Shown: positions 1-8,803 of the stretch, in pieces | Layout of the letters: each line of letters starts with the position of its first letter | Position numbering within the stretch: the stretch's first letter is position 1 | NCBI GenBank assembly: GCA_045595865.1 | Contig: JAZOBG010000150.1 | Location: forward strand, 1-44,521 | Source of the DNA: Oscillospiraceae bacterium | Lineage (GTDB): Bacteria; Bacillota; Clostridia; Oscillospirales; Oscillospiraceae | Direction: 5' to 3' | Length of the DNA: 44,521 nucleotides | Notes under the pieces: model-generated | The model's database searches: none | The model's input: only the letters and a program-made list of their open reading frames with translations | What the model was told of the DNA's origin: nothing | Translations under genes and position numbers: made by a program

Positions 1-119
1 TCAAGATCATGGTGGGCGGTGCTCCCATTACTGATGCATTCTGTAAGGCTATCGGCGCCGACGCATATACTGCCGACGCGGCTTCTGCTGCTGAAAAAGC
101 AGTGGAGTTGTTGGGTTAA
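1..119 (+). CDS. 3' end of a cobalamin (B12)-binding-domain / corrinoid protein (partial, start outside window)
   Basis: The frame is open from the window edge and reads ...KIMVGGAPITDAFCKAIGADAYTADAASAAEKAVELLG*, with stop TAA at 117-119. This tail is typical of the C-terminus of B12-binding domains in corrinoid methyltransfer proteins. Confidence 0.5.
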   Translation, partial: KIMVGGAPITDAFCKAIGADAYTADAASAAEKAVELLG

Positions 120-140
120 TTTTAATCAAACAATATGACA

Positions 141-174
141 ATCGCTCATCGAATGGCCGATGAGCGATTTTTTT
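141..174 (+). terminator. Rho-independent terminator of the upstream corrinoid-protein gene
   Basis: An 11-bp perfect stem, ATCGCTCATCG/CGATGAGCGAT, with a 6-nt loop, followed by TTTTTT (169-174). Confidence 0.8.
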
Positions 175-246
175 GATTTGTGCGGCAATACTACTTCATA
201 CCCGTTGTGTTCTGGGAAAATTCACGTACTAATTGTCGTTTCCAGA

Positions 247-275
247 TTGAAAAAAATAACACTATCTGGTATAAT
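247..275 (+). promoter_or_regulatory. Sigma-70-type promoter of the DUF2156/radical SAM operon
   Basis: TTGAAA (247-252), a 17-nt spacer and TATAAT (270-275), with TGn immediately upstream (extended -10). It lies about 40 nt upstream of the ATG at 315. Confidence 0.6.
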
Positions 276-314
276 CAATTTTCCGAAAAGTCGGAAACAG
301 AACAGGAGTTAAAA

Positions 315-1211
315 ATGAGTGATTTGCAGTTTATAAAACTGGAACTGAAGCATGTTCCCGTGATTAAACCTTTTTTTGAAATTCAGCAGCGCCGCCTTTG
401 TGATTGCACCATCGGAAGCACCATGATGTGGCGTGATTATTTTGATAATTGCTTTGTTATTGAAGAGGACACCCTTGTGTTTCGTTCCCGCTATTTGGAC
501 GGAAAGTATGCATTTACATTTCCCATCGGGCCGAATATCGACCGAATGCTGGATCGGGTGGAGGAATATTGCAGAGGAAAAGGGATGGAACTGGAATTCT
601 GTACAGTGACGCCCTTTGATCTGGAAAATCTGAAAAACCGCTGGCCGGATGCCGAGGTGGAAGAAAACCGTGACTGGTTTGACTACCTGTACGAAAGCCA
701 GAGCATTGTGACCTTTGCCGGCAAAAAATTTGCGGCGCAGCGCAACCACATCAACCGGTTTGAGCGCGATTGTCCTGACTGGAGTTTTGAGCGCATGGGG
801 TCGGAGCATGTGGAAGAAGTACGTTTCTTTTTTCAGGAGCTGATCGAGCAGCGCAGCAAAGAAGGAGATACCGCCCGGGAGGAAGAGGAAAAGGTCTTTG
901 AAGTGCTGGATCATTTTGAAGAATACGGCTTCCTTGGCGGGATTCTGCGTGTGCAGGGAAAAATCGTCGGTCTTTCCATGGGTGAGATCGTGCGCGATAC
1001 GCTGTTTGTTCACATTGAAAAGGCAAATACCGAATTGTCTGGGGTATATCAGAAGCTGGTGCAGTGTTTTGCCCGCGAATTTGTGAATGAGGATGTTCAA
1101 TTTATCAACCGGGAAGAAGACGTGGGCGATCCCGGACTGCGCAAGTCCAAGATGTCCTACCGCCCGCTGAAGCTATTGGAGAAATACACCGTACGAGTCA
1201 AACTGACTTGA
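315..1211 (+). CDS. Stand-alone DUF2156 protein (MprF/lysyl-phosphatidylglycerol synthase C-terminal-like, GNAT-type aminoacyl-tRNA transferase fold)
   Basis: ATG at 315 is preceded by AGGAG (304-308). The translation MSDLQFIKLE...FAGKKFAAQRNHINRF...VHIEKANTELSGVYQKL...INREEDVGDPGLRKSKMSYRP has the family's characteristic C-terminal EED.G...LR..K..Y.P region. No hydrophobic transmembrane stretch is visible. Confidence 0.75.
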   Translation: MSDLQFIKLELKHVPVIKPFFEIQQRRLCDCTIGSTMMWRDYFDNCFVIEEDTLVFRSRYLDGKYAFTFPIGPNIDRMLDRVEEYCRGKGMELEFCTVTPFDLENLKNRWPDAEVEENRDWFDYLYESQSIVTFAGKKFAAQRNHINRFERDCPDWSFERMGSEHVEEVRFFFQELIEQRSKEGDTAREEEEKVFEVLDHFEEYGFLGGILRVQGKIVGLSMGEIVRDTLFVHIEKANTELSGVYQKLVQCFAREFVNEDVQFINREEDVGDPGLRKSKMSYRPLKLLEKYTVRVKLT

Positions 1212-1227
1212 TGAACGGAGGAGCTTT

Positions 1228-3063
1228 ATGAATCAAAAACTGGAACGCATTCTGCCCCGGGTGCAGAAACCGGCCCGCTATACCGGCGGAGAATACAATG
1301 CCGTGGTAAAGGATAAGGAGCAGGTGGATGTCCGCTTTGCCCTGTGTTTCCCTGATACCTACGAGATCGGCATGTCCAATCTTGGTGTGCGTATTCTCTA
1401 TGGCCTGATGAATGAGATGGACGGCGTCTGGTGCGAGCGTGCATTTGCCCCTTGGGGCGATATGGAAGAGGAGATGCGCAAAGAGGGCATCCCTCTGTAC
1501 GGACTGGAAAGCGGCGATCCGCTGAAAGAGTTTGATATGATCGGCTTTTCGGTGGGTTATGAAATGGCCTATACCAATGTACTGAATATGTTGGATCTGG
1601 CCGGTCTGCCTGTCCGAGCAAGTGAACGCACCGGCCTGAAGAATATCGTGGTAGTGGGCGGCACCTGCGCCTATAACCCCGAGCCGCTGGCTCCTTTTGC
1701 TGATATCTTCTCTCTGGGCGAGGGTGAGGATGTCACGGTCGAGATGATCCTGCTTTACCGTCAGGCCAAGCAGGAGGGATGGAGCAAGGAGCAGTTCTTG
1801 AAGGCTGCCGCTCAGATCCCCGGCCTGTACGTCCCCTCTTTGTGTGATGTTACATACAACGAGGACGGAACCATCGCGGCCATCACGCCTGCCGAGGGTG
1901 TCACTCTGCCCGTGACCAAGCGCATCGTGCAGGATATGAACAAGGCCTATTTCCCGGTCAAGACCATCATCCCCTCCACCGAGATCGTTCACGACCGAGT
2001 CATGCTGGAAGTGTTCCGCGGCTGTATCCGCGGCTGCCGCTTCTGTCAGGCCGGTTACGCCTACCGCCCGGTTCGCACAAAGTCGCCTGAGCTGTTGGTG
2101 CAGCAGGGCATTGACTCCTGTAAGCAGTCCGGCTATCAGGAGATGACCCTGTCCTCTCTTTCCACCAGTGATTACCGCCCTCTGGAAAGCCTGTGTGACG
2201 GTCTGCTGGACTACTGCGAACCGCGGGATATCAGCATGTCGCTGCCTTCGCTGCGCATTGACAACTTCTCTCTGGGTCTGATGGAGCGGCTGGAAAAGGT
2301 GCGCAAGAGCGGCCTGACCTTTGCGCCCGAAGCCGGAACCCAGCGTCTGCGTGATGCCATCAACAAGAATATTACCGAGGAAGAAATTCTGCGCTCTGCC
2401 CGCATGATTTTTGAGGGCGGCTGGAGCCGCGTGAAGCTGTACTTTATGCTGGGTCTGCCCACCGAGACCGATGAGGACGTGCTGGGCATTGCCGATCTGG
2501 CCAATAAGGTGCTGCAGTGCTGGCGCGAGTACTCCACCAACAAGAAGCGCGGTATTCACATCACCGTGTCCACCTCTTTCTTTGTGCCCAAGGCACACAC
2601 CCCATTCCAGTGGGAGGGGCAGATCTCCCGTGAGGAGTATTTCCGCCGCGTGAATCTGCTGCGCGAGAACATTAAAGACCGCTCCATCCACTACAACTGG
2701 CACGATCCCGAAACCAGTGTGTTGGAGGCCGTGTTCTCCCGTGGTGACCGCCGTGTGGCCAATGTGATCGAAACGGCATGGCGCAGCGGAGCCAAGTTTG
2801 ACTCCTGGAGCGAATATTTCAATATGGACCGCTGGCTGAAAGCATTTGAAGAATGCGGTGTGGATCCGGCATTCTATGCCAACCGTGAGCGCGGCAAGGA
2901 GGAGATTCTGCCCTGGTCGGTGACCTCGGTGGGTGTGCGTCCCAACTACTTCTGGCGTGAGCGCGAACAGTGCTATAAGGGTGTGATTACCCCGGATTGC
3001 CGCGTGCAGTGCATGGCCTGCGGTGCCGATAAGTTGTATACGGGAGGGAAGTGCGATGAGTAG
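1228..3063 (+). CDS. B12-binding-domain radical SAM protein, TIGR03960-like (function unknown)
   Basis: GGAGGAG (1216-1222) precedes the ATG at 1228. The N-terminus MNQKLERILPRVQKPARYTGGEYN is typical of the family, and the CX3CX2C motif FRGCIRGCRFC is encoded at 2023-2046. Length is 611 aa. Confidence 0.85.
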   Translation: MNQKLERILPRVQKPARYTGGEYNAVVKDKEQVDVRFALCFPDTYEIGMSNLGVRILYGLMNEMDGVWCERAFAPWGDMEEEMRKEGIPLYGLESGDPLKEFDMIGFSVGYEMAYTNVLNMLDLAGLPVRASERTGLKNIVVVGGTCAYNPEPLAPFADIFSLGEGEDVTVEMILLYRQAKQEGWSKEQFLKAAAQIPGLYVPSLCDVTYNEDGTIAAITPAEGVTLPVTKRIVQDMNKAYFPVKTIIPSTEIVHDRVMLEVFRGCIRGCRFCQAGYAYRPVRTKSPELLVQQGIDSCKQSGYQEMTLSSLSTSDYRPLESLCDGLLDYCEPRDISMSLPSLRIDNFSLGLMERLEKVRKSGLTFAPEAGTQRLRDAINKNITEEEILRSARMIFEGGWSRVKLYFMLGLPTETDEDVLGIADLANKVLQCWREYSTNKKRGIHITVSTSFFVPKAHTPFQWEGQISREEYFRRVNLLRENIKDRSIHYNWHDPETSVLEAVFSRGDRRVANVIETAWRSGAKFDSWSEYFNMDRWLKAFEECGVDPAFYANRERGKEEILPWSVTSVGVRPNYFWREREQCYKGVITPDCRVQCMACGADKLYTGGKCDE

Positions 3064-3718
3064 ACTGCTGTTTTCCAAGACCGGACGGGCAAGATACATC
3101 TCTCATCTTGATCTGATGCGTACATTCCAGCGTGCCTTCCAACGCGCCGACCTGACCATCAAACATACCGAAGGCTTTAATCCGCATCCGTTTATTTCGA
3201 TCCTGCTGCCCCTGTCTCTGGGTTTTTCCAGTGAGTGTGAGGTGCTGGAGTTCCAGCTGCTGGGTGAGACCCGGCACGAGGAAGTACCGGCCCGGCTGAA
3301 CGCTGTTCTGCCTGAGGGCATCACGGTGGAGCGCTGCTACGAAGGTGGTCTCAAGGCAAAGGAACTTTCTTTGGTTGAGTATCGGTTGACCATGGAGTAC
3401 GACGATGGTGTTCCCGTCGGTGCTGCCGAAGTCTGGCAGGAAATGCTGGGGCGTGAGAGTTTGCCGGTCAGCAAAAAGTCGAAGAAATCCAAGATAGGTG
3501 AAACGGTTGTTGACATCATTCCGCTTGTAAAGTCGTTTTCCGTTACAAGCATTGAAAACACAGTCGTTCTTAATGCAATTATCAGTGCCCAGAATCCCGG
3601 CCTGAATCCGCAACTGTTTCTAACTGCATTGAATGTGGAGCATCCGGAACTCATGCCTGACTTTGTGCGCTATCACCGTTGTGCCGTACTGGACAGTGCG
3701 CGGAATTTGTTTGCCTGA
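3056..3718 (+). CDS. TIGR03936-like radical SAM-associated protein (DUF2344)
   Basis: The ATG at 3056 overlaps the upstream stop (3061-3063) by 8 nt. The N-terminus MSRLLFSKTGRARYISHLDLMRTFQRAFQRA is the family signature. Confidence 0.8.
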   Translation: MSRLLFSKTGRARYISHLDLMRTFQRAFQRADLTIKHTEGFNPHPFISILLPLSLGFSSECEVLEFQLLGETRHEEVPARLNAVLPEGITVERCYEGGLKAKELSLVEYRLTMEYDDGVPVGAAEVWQEMLGRESLPVSKKSKKSKIGETVVDIIPLVKSFSVTSIENTVVLNAIISAQNPGLNPQLFLTALNVEHPELMPDFVRYHRCAVLDSARNLFA

Positions 3719-3723
3719 GATCT

Positions 3724-4368
3724 TTATAAAACCGGGATGGTAAAGGTGGGGATTCCCTCGCCATAAGAACCCAGAGAGTATAGCGGGTAGAATATTACAA
3801 GTCCGTGTTCGGATAGGTAGAAGCGGCTTGGGTCAAACGTTTGCTCTATCATAGAAAGACAGTTCGGATAAAGTAGAGATTCTCCGGAATCCAGACGCTG
3901 CTCTGCCTGCTGCTGCAGCTGAAGGATCAGATGCTTTTTCCAGCGATACGGTTTTGCCGGAAGAAATGTACGAAGGGAACAGGGATATCCGCTGCTGCAG
4001 TCCCAAACTTCACCGATACAGAGTGAGACGGGGAGCGCAACGGGGCCCTGTTCCTGAACGTTGATGCGAATACTGAGCAGAGGTGGGTTCCAAAGAGTGA
4101 TTTCGTAATGAAATGATGCACACCATGGTTGGAATGCGGGATCGCTCTGCCGGTCTTCAAATGCCAGGCAAGCTTTTTGATAAAGGTCATTTTCCCATCT
4201 TGTTTGCCATTGCAGTGCCATCTGCGCGAAATAATGCTCCATCCTTCGTTTTTTACCGGAGCCGGGAAAGGAAGGGCGTTGCACAGAAATATGCAGTACG
4301 TTTATTCCTTTTGATTTCATCGTGCGTTGCCATGTTTCTGTCGAAACGGGAGAAATAGTGGTTTCCAT
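3724..4368 (-). CDS. DUF3298 / RsiV C-terminal-like domain protein (no signal peptide or TM seen)
   Basis: A 214-aa ORF whose C-terminal FYLSEHGLVIFYPLYSLGSYGEGIPTFTIP resembles the end of DUF3298 domains. A G-rich SD (GGGGGG) lies 6 nt upstream of the ATG. Confidence 0.45.
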   Translation of the reverse strand: METTISPVSTETWQRTMKSKGINVLHISVQRPSFPGSGKKRRMEHYFAQMALQWQTRWENDLYQKACLAFEDRQSDPAFQPWCASFHYEITLWNPPLLSIRINVQEQGPVALPVSLCIGEVWDCSSGYPCSLRTFLPAKPYRWKKHLILQLQQQAEQRLDSGESLLYPNCLSMIEQTFDPSRFYLSEHGLVIFYPLYSLGSYGEGIPTFTIPVL

Positions 4369-4641
4369 GTATATACCCCCTTTTTACCAATGTATGAAGA
4401 AGGAAAAGTTTGGTGAGAATATAAAATCCTTCTTTACTTTCACGATCTGAATTGATAAAATGTAAAAGACTAAAGAATGACCTCAAGAAGGCAGCAGTGT
4501 GAACAATTACACTGCATTTGATTACGGCCCATCGCCTCGCCCATTTGGGCAACCGGCGACGATGGCAAAAATCCCCCATACCGCCGGGGGAAAATTATAT
4601 TTCTATTTGTGCCGCATGCAGCGGCGGAATGGGAGATTATT

Positions 4642-4965
4642 ATGGCAGCAAACAAAAAAGATCAGATCCGAAGCGAACTCCTGTATGAGAGCATCCTGAC
4701 CCTGCAGAGTGTGGAAGAGGTTCGTAATTTCTTTCAGGATCTCTGCACCATGTCCGAACTGCGCGCCATGGAGCAGCGCATGGAGGTTGCCGTACTTCTG
4801 TCAGACGGTATGATTTATAACGATATTCTGGAGCGCACCGGGGCCTCCAGTGCCACCATAAGCCGTGTCAACCGCGCCCTTCAGTACGGTGCCGACGGCT
4901 ATCAGACGGTTTTGCCCCGCATCAGCCAGCTGATCAAGGCGACCACTGAAGAGGAACAGGAATGA
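4642..4965 (+). CDS. YerC/YecD-family TrpR-fold DNA-binding protein
   Basis: The segment VRNFFQDLCTMSELRAMEQRMEVAVLL...TGASSATISRVNRALQYGADGY closely matches the YerC pattern. The ATG at 4642 follows GGGAGA. Confidence 0.85.
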   Translation: MAANKKDQIRSELLYESILTLQSVEEVRNFFQDLCTMSELRAMEQRMEVAVLLSDGMIYNDILERTGASSATISRVNRALQYGADGYQTVLPRISQLIKATTEEEQE

Positions 4966-5711
4966 GCAGTTATGAGTTCCTGGCAGACAGTTACGATGCG
5001 CTGACCTCCGACGTTCGCTATCTGGCCTGGGCCGATTATCTGGAAAAGCACTTTGCCAGAGCAGCCATTCCGGTGCATACCGTGCTGGATCTGGCCTGCG
5101 GTACCGGCTCGCTGACGACCGAGCTTGCTCTGCGCGGATATGAAATGATCGGCGTAGACAAGTCGGCGGAAATGCTGGCGGTTGCGGCAGAAAAATGCCG
5201 GGATCTTCCTGCGGAGGCTCCGATCTTTCTGAATCAGTCCATGGAAAAGCTGGATTTGTACGGAACCATCGATGCTTGTGTCTGCTGTCTGGACAGCGTG
5301 AATTACGTCACAAGGCCCGCTGCGCTGAAGCGGGCTTTTTCGCGTGTGCATCTTTTTCTGATGCCTGGTGGCCTGTTTATCTTTGACGTGAAGACTCCTG
5401 AGGCGTTGGAGAATGCCGATGGAGAGGTGTTTCTGGATGAGACCGAGGACACCTACTGCGTCTGGCGGGCCGATTATTCCCCGCGCCGCCGTATTCTGAC
5501 TTATGGTATGGACATCTTTCGTGCCCGGGAGGACGGAACCTGGGAGCGCGGCGAAGAAGTGCACGAAGAATACGCATATACCATGGATGAATTGGAACAG
5601 TTCCTGCGTGAGGCAGGGTTTGCAGATGTGCGCAGGTGGGGAAACTTAAAGCTGCGCGCACCCCGTTCCGGAGAAGAGCGTGTGTTTTTCACCGCGCGAA
5701 AGGAGCAATAA
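4962..5711 (+). CDS. Class I SAM-dependent methyltransferase
   Basis: Contains motif I, VLDLACGTGSLT. The ATGA start overlaps the yerC-like stop by 4 nt. Confidence 0.8.
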   Translation: MSSYEFLADSYDALTSDVRYLAWADYLEKHFARAAIPVHTVLDLACGTGSLTTELALRGYEMIGVDKSAEMLAVAAEKCRDLPAEAPIFLNQSMEKLDLYGTIDACVCCLDSVNYVTRPAALKRAFSRVHLFLMPGGLFIFDVKTPEALENADGEVFLDETEDTYCVWRADYSPRRRILTYGMDIFRAREDGTWERGEEVHEEYAYTMDELEQFLREAGFADVRRWGNLKLRAPRSGEERVFFTARKEQ

Positions 5712-5717
5712 TCAAAC

Positions 5718-6593
5718 ATGGATCAAATTATCAGAATGATCGCTAAAGACGCCCCGGTCAAGGCCAGCGCAATCAGCGGCCGTGACCTTGTGGAGCGTGC
5801 AAGAAATATTCATATGCTGCTTCCGGTGGCTACGGCGGCTCTGGGCCGTGCACTGATGGGCACCTCTATGATGGGTGATGCCCTGAAGGAAGAAAAGGGT
5901 GCTGTGACGCTGCAGATCAAGGGCGGTGGCCCTCTTGGTACCGTCCTTGCGGTATCCGACAGCGAGGGAAATGTCCGCGGTTACGTCCAGAACCCCCAGG
6001 TAGAATTGATGGAAAAGGAACCCGGCAAGCTGGATGTGGGTGCAGCCATTGGCGAAAGCGGCACGCTGACCGTCATTAAGGATATCGGGCTAAAGGAACC
6101 CTATGTGGGTTCCATCGGTCTGTTTACCGGTGAGATTGCAGACGATATCGCCATGTACTTCGTGGAAAGCGAGCAGATCCCTACAGCCTGCGCCCTTGGT
6201 GTACTGATCGGAGTGGATCAGAGCGTTACCTCGGCTGGCGGTTATCTGATCCAGCTGCTGCCCGGTGCCGACGAGTCGGTCATTGAGAAAATCGAAGCCG
6301 GTGTACGCCGTGTCGGTTCGGTCAGCCGCGCGCTGGAAGGCGGCATGGATGCCGAAACGCTGCTGCGTTCCGTTCTGTCAGAATTTGAATTGGAAGTGCT
6401 GGAGACCCATCCCGTAGAATACCGTTGCTACTGCAGCAAGGAGCGTGTGACCCACGCATTGATCAGCATGGGCAGGGAAGAACTGGCAGCCATGATCGAG
6501 GAGCAGGATGGTGCCGAGCTGACCTGCCAGTTCTGCGATGCGGTTTATAACTATACCAAGGAGGATCTGCAGCAGATCCTTGACGATATGTAA
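5718..6593 (+). CDS. hslO: Redox-regulated chaperone Hsp33
   Basis: A 291-aa protein with the C-terminal zinc centre motifs CYCS and CQFC and an overall Hsp33-like sequence. Confidence 0.9.
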   Translation: MDQIIRMIAKDAPVKASAISGRDLVERARNIHMLLPVATAALGRALMGTSMMGDALKEEKGAVTLQIKGGGPLGTVLAVSDSEGNVRGYVQNPQVELMEKEPGKLDVGAAIGESGTLTVIKDIGLKEPYVGSIGLFTGEIADDIAMYFVESEQIPTACALGVLIGVDQSVTSAGGYLIQLLPGADESVIEKIEAGVRRVGSVSRALEGGMDAETLLRSVLSEFELEVLETHPVEYRCYCSKERVTHALISMGREELAAMIEEQDGAELTCQFCDAVYNYTKEDLQQILDDM

Positions 6594-6595
6594 CC

Positions 6596-6624
6596 TTGTC
6601 AAATCAGGTGTGATTTGATATAAT
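6596..6624 (+). promoter_or_regulatory. Sigma-70-type promoter of the M50 protease gene
   Basis: TTGTCA, a 17-nt spacer and TATAAT with an upstream TGn (TGATATAAT). Confidence 0.55.
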
Positions 6625-6659
6625 CTATTATTCCGGATCATCGAGAGGAAGGGCAGATC

Positions 6660-7358
6660 TTGCAGGAACTTTCCGCGTTTTTGGACAATATGGATTGGAG
6701 TAGTCTGGTTCAGCTGCTTTTAAGAGTGGCGGCGGTGCTGTTCTGCATCGTTTTCCACGAGGTCAGCCACGGTGTTGCCGCCTACTTACTGGGTGATCCC
6801 ACGGCCAAGGCACAGCGGCGGCTTTCTCTGAATCCGCTGCGTCACATTGATCCCTTTGGCGCATTGATGATGCTGTTGGTGGGGTTTGGCTGGGCCAAGC
6901 CGGTTCCGGTGGATACCCGTTATTTCAAAAAGCCCAAAAGCGGTATGGCCATCACCGCATTGGCCGGCCCAGTGTCCAACTTTATTCTGGCCTATGTCAT
7001 GATGCTGTTGGCCTATACATTTTTAGGTGTTTTGACAGTTAATGATGTGCCGTATTCGAATTTGTCGCAAGGCGTTTTGGATTTTTGTGTTTTGACCGCC
7101 AGTCTGAGTATTGGCCTTGGTGTATTCAACTTGATCCCGTTTCCACCGCTGGACGGGTCAAAAATCCTTGGAGTTCTGCTGCCCGATCGGATTTATTACA
7201 AGATTCTGCGATATGAATTCGCCGGTACGATTGTCCTGATGGCGCTGTTGTGGCTGGGAGTGCTGGATGTGCCTCTTTATGCGGTGCGCAGCTTTATTTC
7301 GGAAGGGCTTATGGACCTGGCACAGTGGCCCTATGACTTGATTACAGCAATGTTCTGA
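6660..7358 (+). CDS. Site-2 protease family (M50) membrane metalloprotease
   Basis: The HEVSHG (HExxH) motif sits in the first TM region, with multiple hydrophobic helices and a later PLDG motif. A TTG start at 6660 follows GAGAGGAAGGG. An alternative ATG lies at 6690. Confidence 0.8.
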   Translation: MQELSAFLDNMDWSSLVQLLLRVAAVLFCIVFHEVSHGVAAYLLGDPTAKAQRRLSLNPLRHIDPFGALMMLLVGFGWAKPVPVDTRYFKKPKSGMAITALAGPVSNFILAYVMMLLAYTFLGVLTVNDVPYSNLSQGVLDFCVLTASLSIGLGVFNLIPFPPLDGSKILGVLLPDRIYYKILRYEFAGTIVLMALLWLGVLDVPLYAVRSFISEGLMDLAQWPYDLITAMF

Positions 7359-7386
7359 TTTTTGTGAAGGGAAGGAGGGGAGCCTG

Positions 7387-8184
7387 ATGGAGAGTCCTGT
7401 ATTTCATCTGGAAAAGGTAGTTAAAGCGAAACAGGAGGATATGGAGGATTTTGTTGGCCCCCTGGACTTGATCCTTCACCTGCTCAGCAAAAATAAAATG
7501 GAGATCAAGGATATCCAAATCTCGTTGATTCTCGATCAATACATGGAGTGGATGGAAAAGCGTCAGCAGATGGATCTGGAAGTGGCCAGCGATTTTGTCT
7601 CTATGGCGGCCCACCTGGTCTATATCAAGACCCGTATGCTTTTGTCTATTCATGATGAAGAAGCCTTGTCCGAGATGGAGCAGCTGATTGCCTCGCTGGA
7701 AGAGCATCAGCGCCATGAAAACTATGGCCGCATCAAGACCGTCGTTCCGCAAATGGCCGAGCGCTATGCCATTGGGCGTGATTACATTACCAAAACTCCG
7801 GAGCACATTCCGGTGGATAAAGTGTACCGGTATGTACACGATAAAGAGGATCTTCGTAAAATCATGGCGGTGGTTATGGACCGGATCGGCAACAAATTGC
7901 CGCCGCCTATGGCTGCCTTTGAGGGGATTGTCGGGCGTGAGCCTTATCCTGTTTCGGACAAGGCAACTGAGGTCATTCGCCGGCTGCTCAGCTTTGGTGT
8001 GACCCGATTCCGTGCGCTGTTCAAAGGAAATCGCAGCCGCTCTGAAATCGTTGCGACCTTTCTTGCGGTTCTGGAGCTTTGTAAGGCACGCCGTGTACGC
8101 CTTGCAGGTACGGAAACCGACTGTACGATTACCTGTACCGATGAAGGGGAGTCCATGGAAGATTTCTCTGCTGATACTTACTAA
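7387..8184 (+). CDS. scpA: Segregation and condensation protein A
   Basis: The N-terminus FEGPLDLILHLLSKNKMEIKDIQISLI is ScpA-like (here FVGPLDL...). It sits directly upstream of scpB. Confidence 0.9.
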   Translation: MESPVFHLEKVVKAKQEDMEDFVGPLDLILHLLSKNKMEIKDIQISLILDQYMEWMEKRQQMDLEVASDFVSMAAHLVYIKTRMLLSIHDEEALSEMEQLIASLEEHQRHENYGRIKTVVPQMAERYAIGRDYITKTPEHIPVDKVYRYVHDKEDLRKIMAVVMDRIGNKLPPPMAAFEGIVGREPYPVSDKATEVIRRLLSFGVTRFRALFKGNRSRSEIVATFLAVLELCKARRVRLAGTETDCTITCTDEGESMEDFSADTY

Positions 8185-8197
8185 GGAGGGATGACCT

Positions 8198-8803
8198 GTG
8201 GAATTGAAAGAAATGGAAGCTGCGTTGGAGGCCATCCTCTTTGCGGCCGGTGAGCCGGTGGATGTGGATCGTATCTGCCTGACATTGGAAATGGATAAGG
8301 AAACGGTTGCTGCCGTCTGTCAGCGCTTGGCCGATCGGTACAGCTATGAACGCCGTGGTCTTCGCCTGATTCGTATGGATAATACTTATCAGCTGTGTTC
8401 CGCACCCGAATATGCCGATTTGATCCGCAAAACCTTTGAAAGTCGTAAGCCTGCCAAGCTGTCGCAGCCTGCACTGGAGGTTTTGTCCATCATTGCATAT
8501 TACCAGCCTGTTACCCGCGCATATATTGATCAAGTGCGCGGTGTGGACAGTTCTTATACCGTGGGCCTTTTGCTTGAGCGCGAGCTGATTGAGGAGGCTG
8601 GACGTCTGGCTGTGCCCGGACGTCCCATTCAGTACCGTACCACCAAGAATTTCCTGCGCTCGTTTGGCATGTCCAATCTGGACGAACTGCCTGAGCTGCC
8701 TTCTTCCACGCCGGAGGACGGTCAGCTCACGTTGGAAATGCAGTCACGGCTTGAGCAACTGCAGGCCGCTCAGGCAGAGCAGGTATTGGAGGAGAATGTA
8801 TGA
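8198..8803 (+). CDS. scpB: Segregation and condensation protein B
   Basis: Contains the ScpB pattern LEAILFAAGEPV...LEVLSIIAYYQPVTRAYIDQVRGV. I use the GTG start at 8198. An alternative ATG lies at 8213. Confidence 0.9.
   Translation: MELKEMEAALEAILFAAGEPVDVDRICLTLEMDKETVAAVCQRLADRYSYERRGLRLIRMDNTYQLCSAPEYADLIRKTFESRKPAKLSQPALEVLSIIAYYQPVTRAYIDQVRGVDSSYTVGLLLERELIEEAGRLAVPGRPIQYRTTKNFLRSFGMSNLDELPELPSSTPEDGQLTLEMQSRLEQLQAAQAEQVLEENV

Noticed and set aside
180-314. Upstream extension of the DUF2156 ORF (the track starts at 180).
   Set aside because: The extension would start inside the promoter region and lacks an SD. The ATG at 315 has AGGAG upstream, and the family N-terminus begins there.
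1198-3099. A 633-aa ORF on the minus strand covering the whole radical SAM gene.
   Set aside because: It is codon-aligned antisense to the real gene, so its stops would correspond to sense TTA, CTA and TCA codons. The GC3-biased sense gene avoids those codons. The translation is low-complexity (A/G/H/L/Q-rich), with no SD or recognisable domain.
4499-4699. Short ORFs in the yerC leader (66 aa on the plus strand, and 61-108 aa on the minus strand at 4253-4655).
   Set aside because: They have no SD, overlap the yerC-like or DUF3298-like coding regions in other frames, and give Arg/Cys-rich implausible translations.
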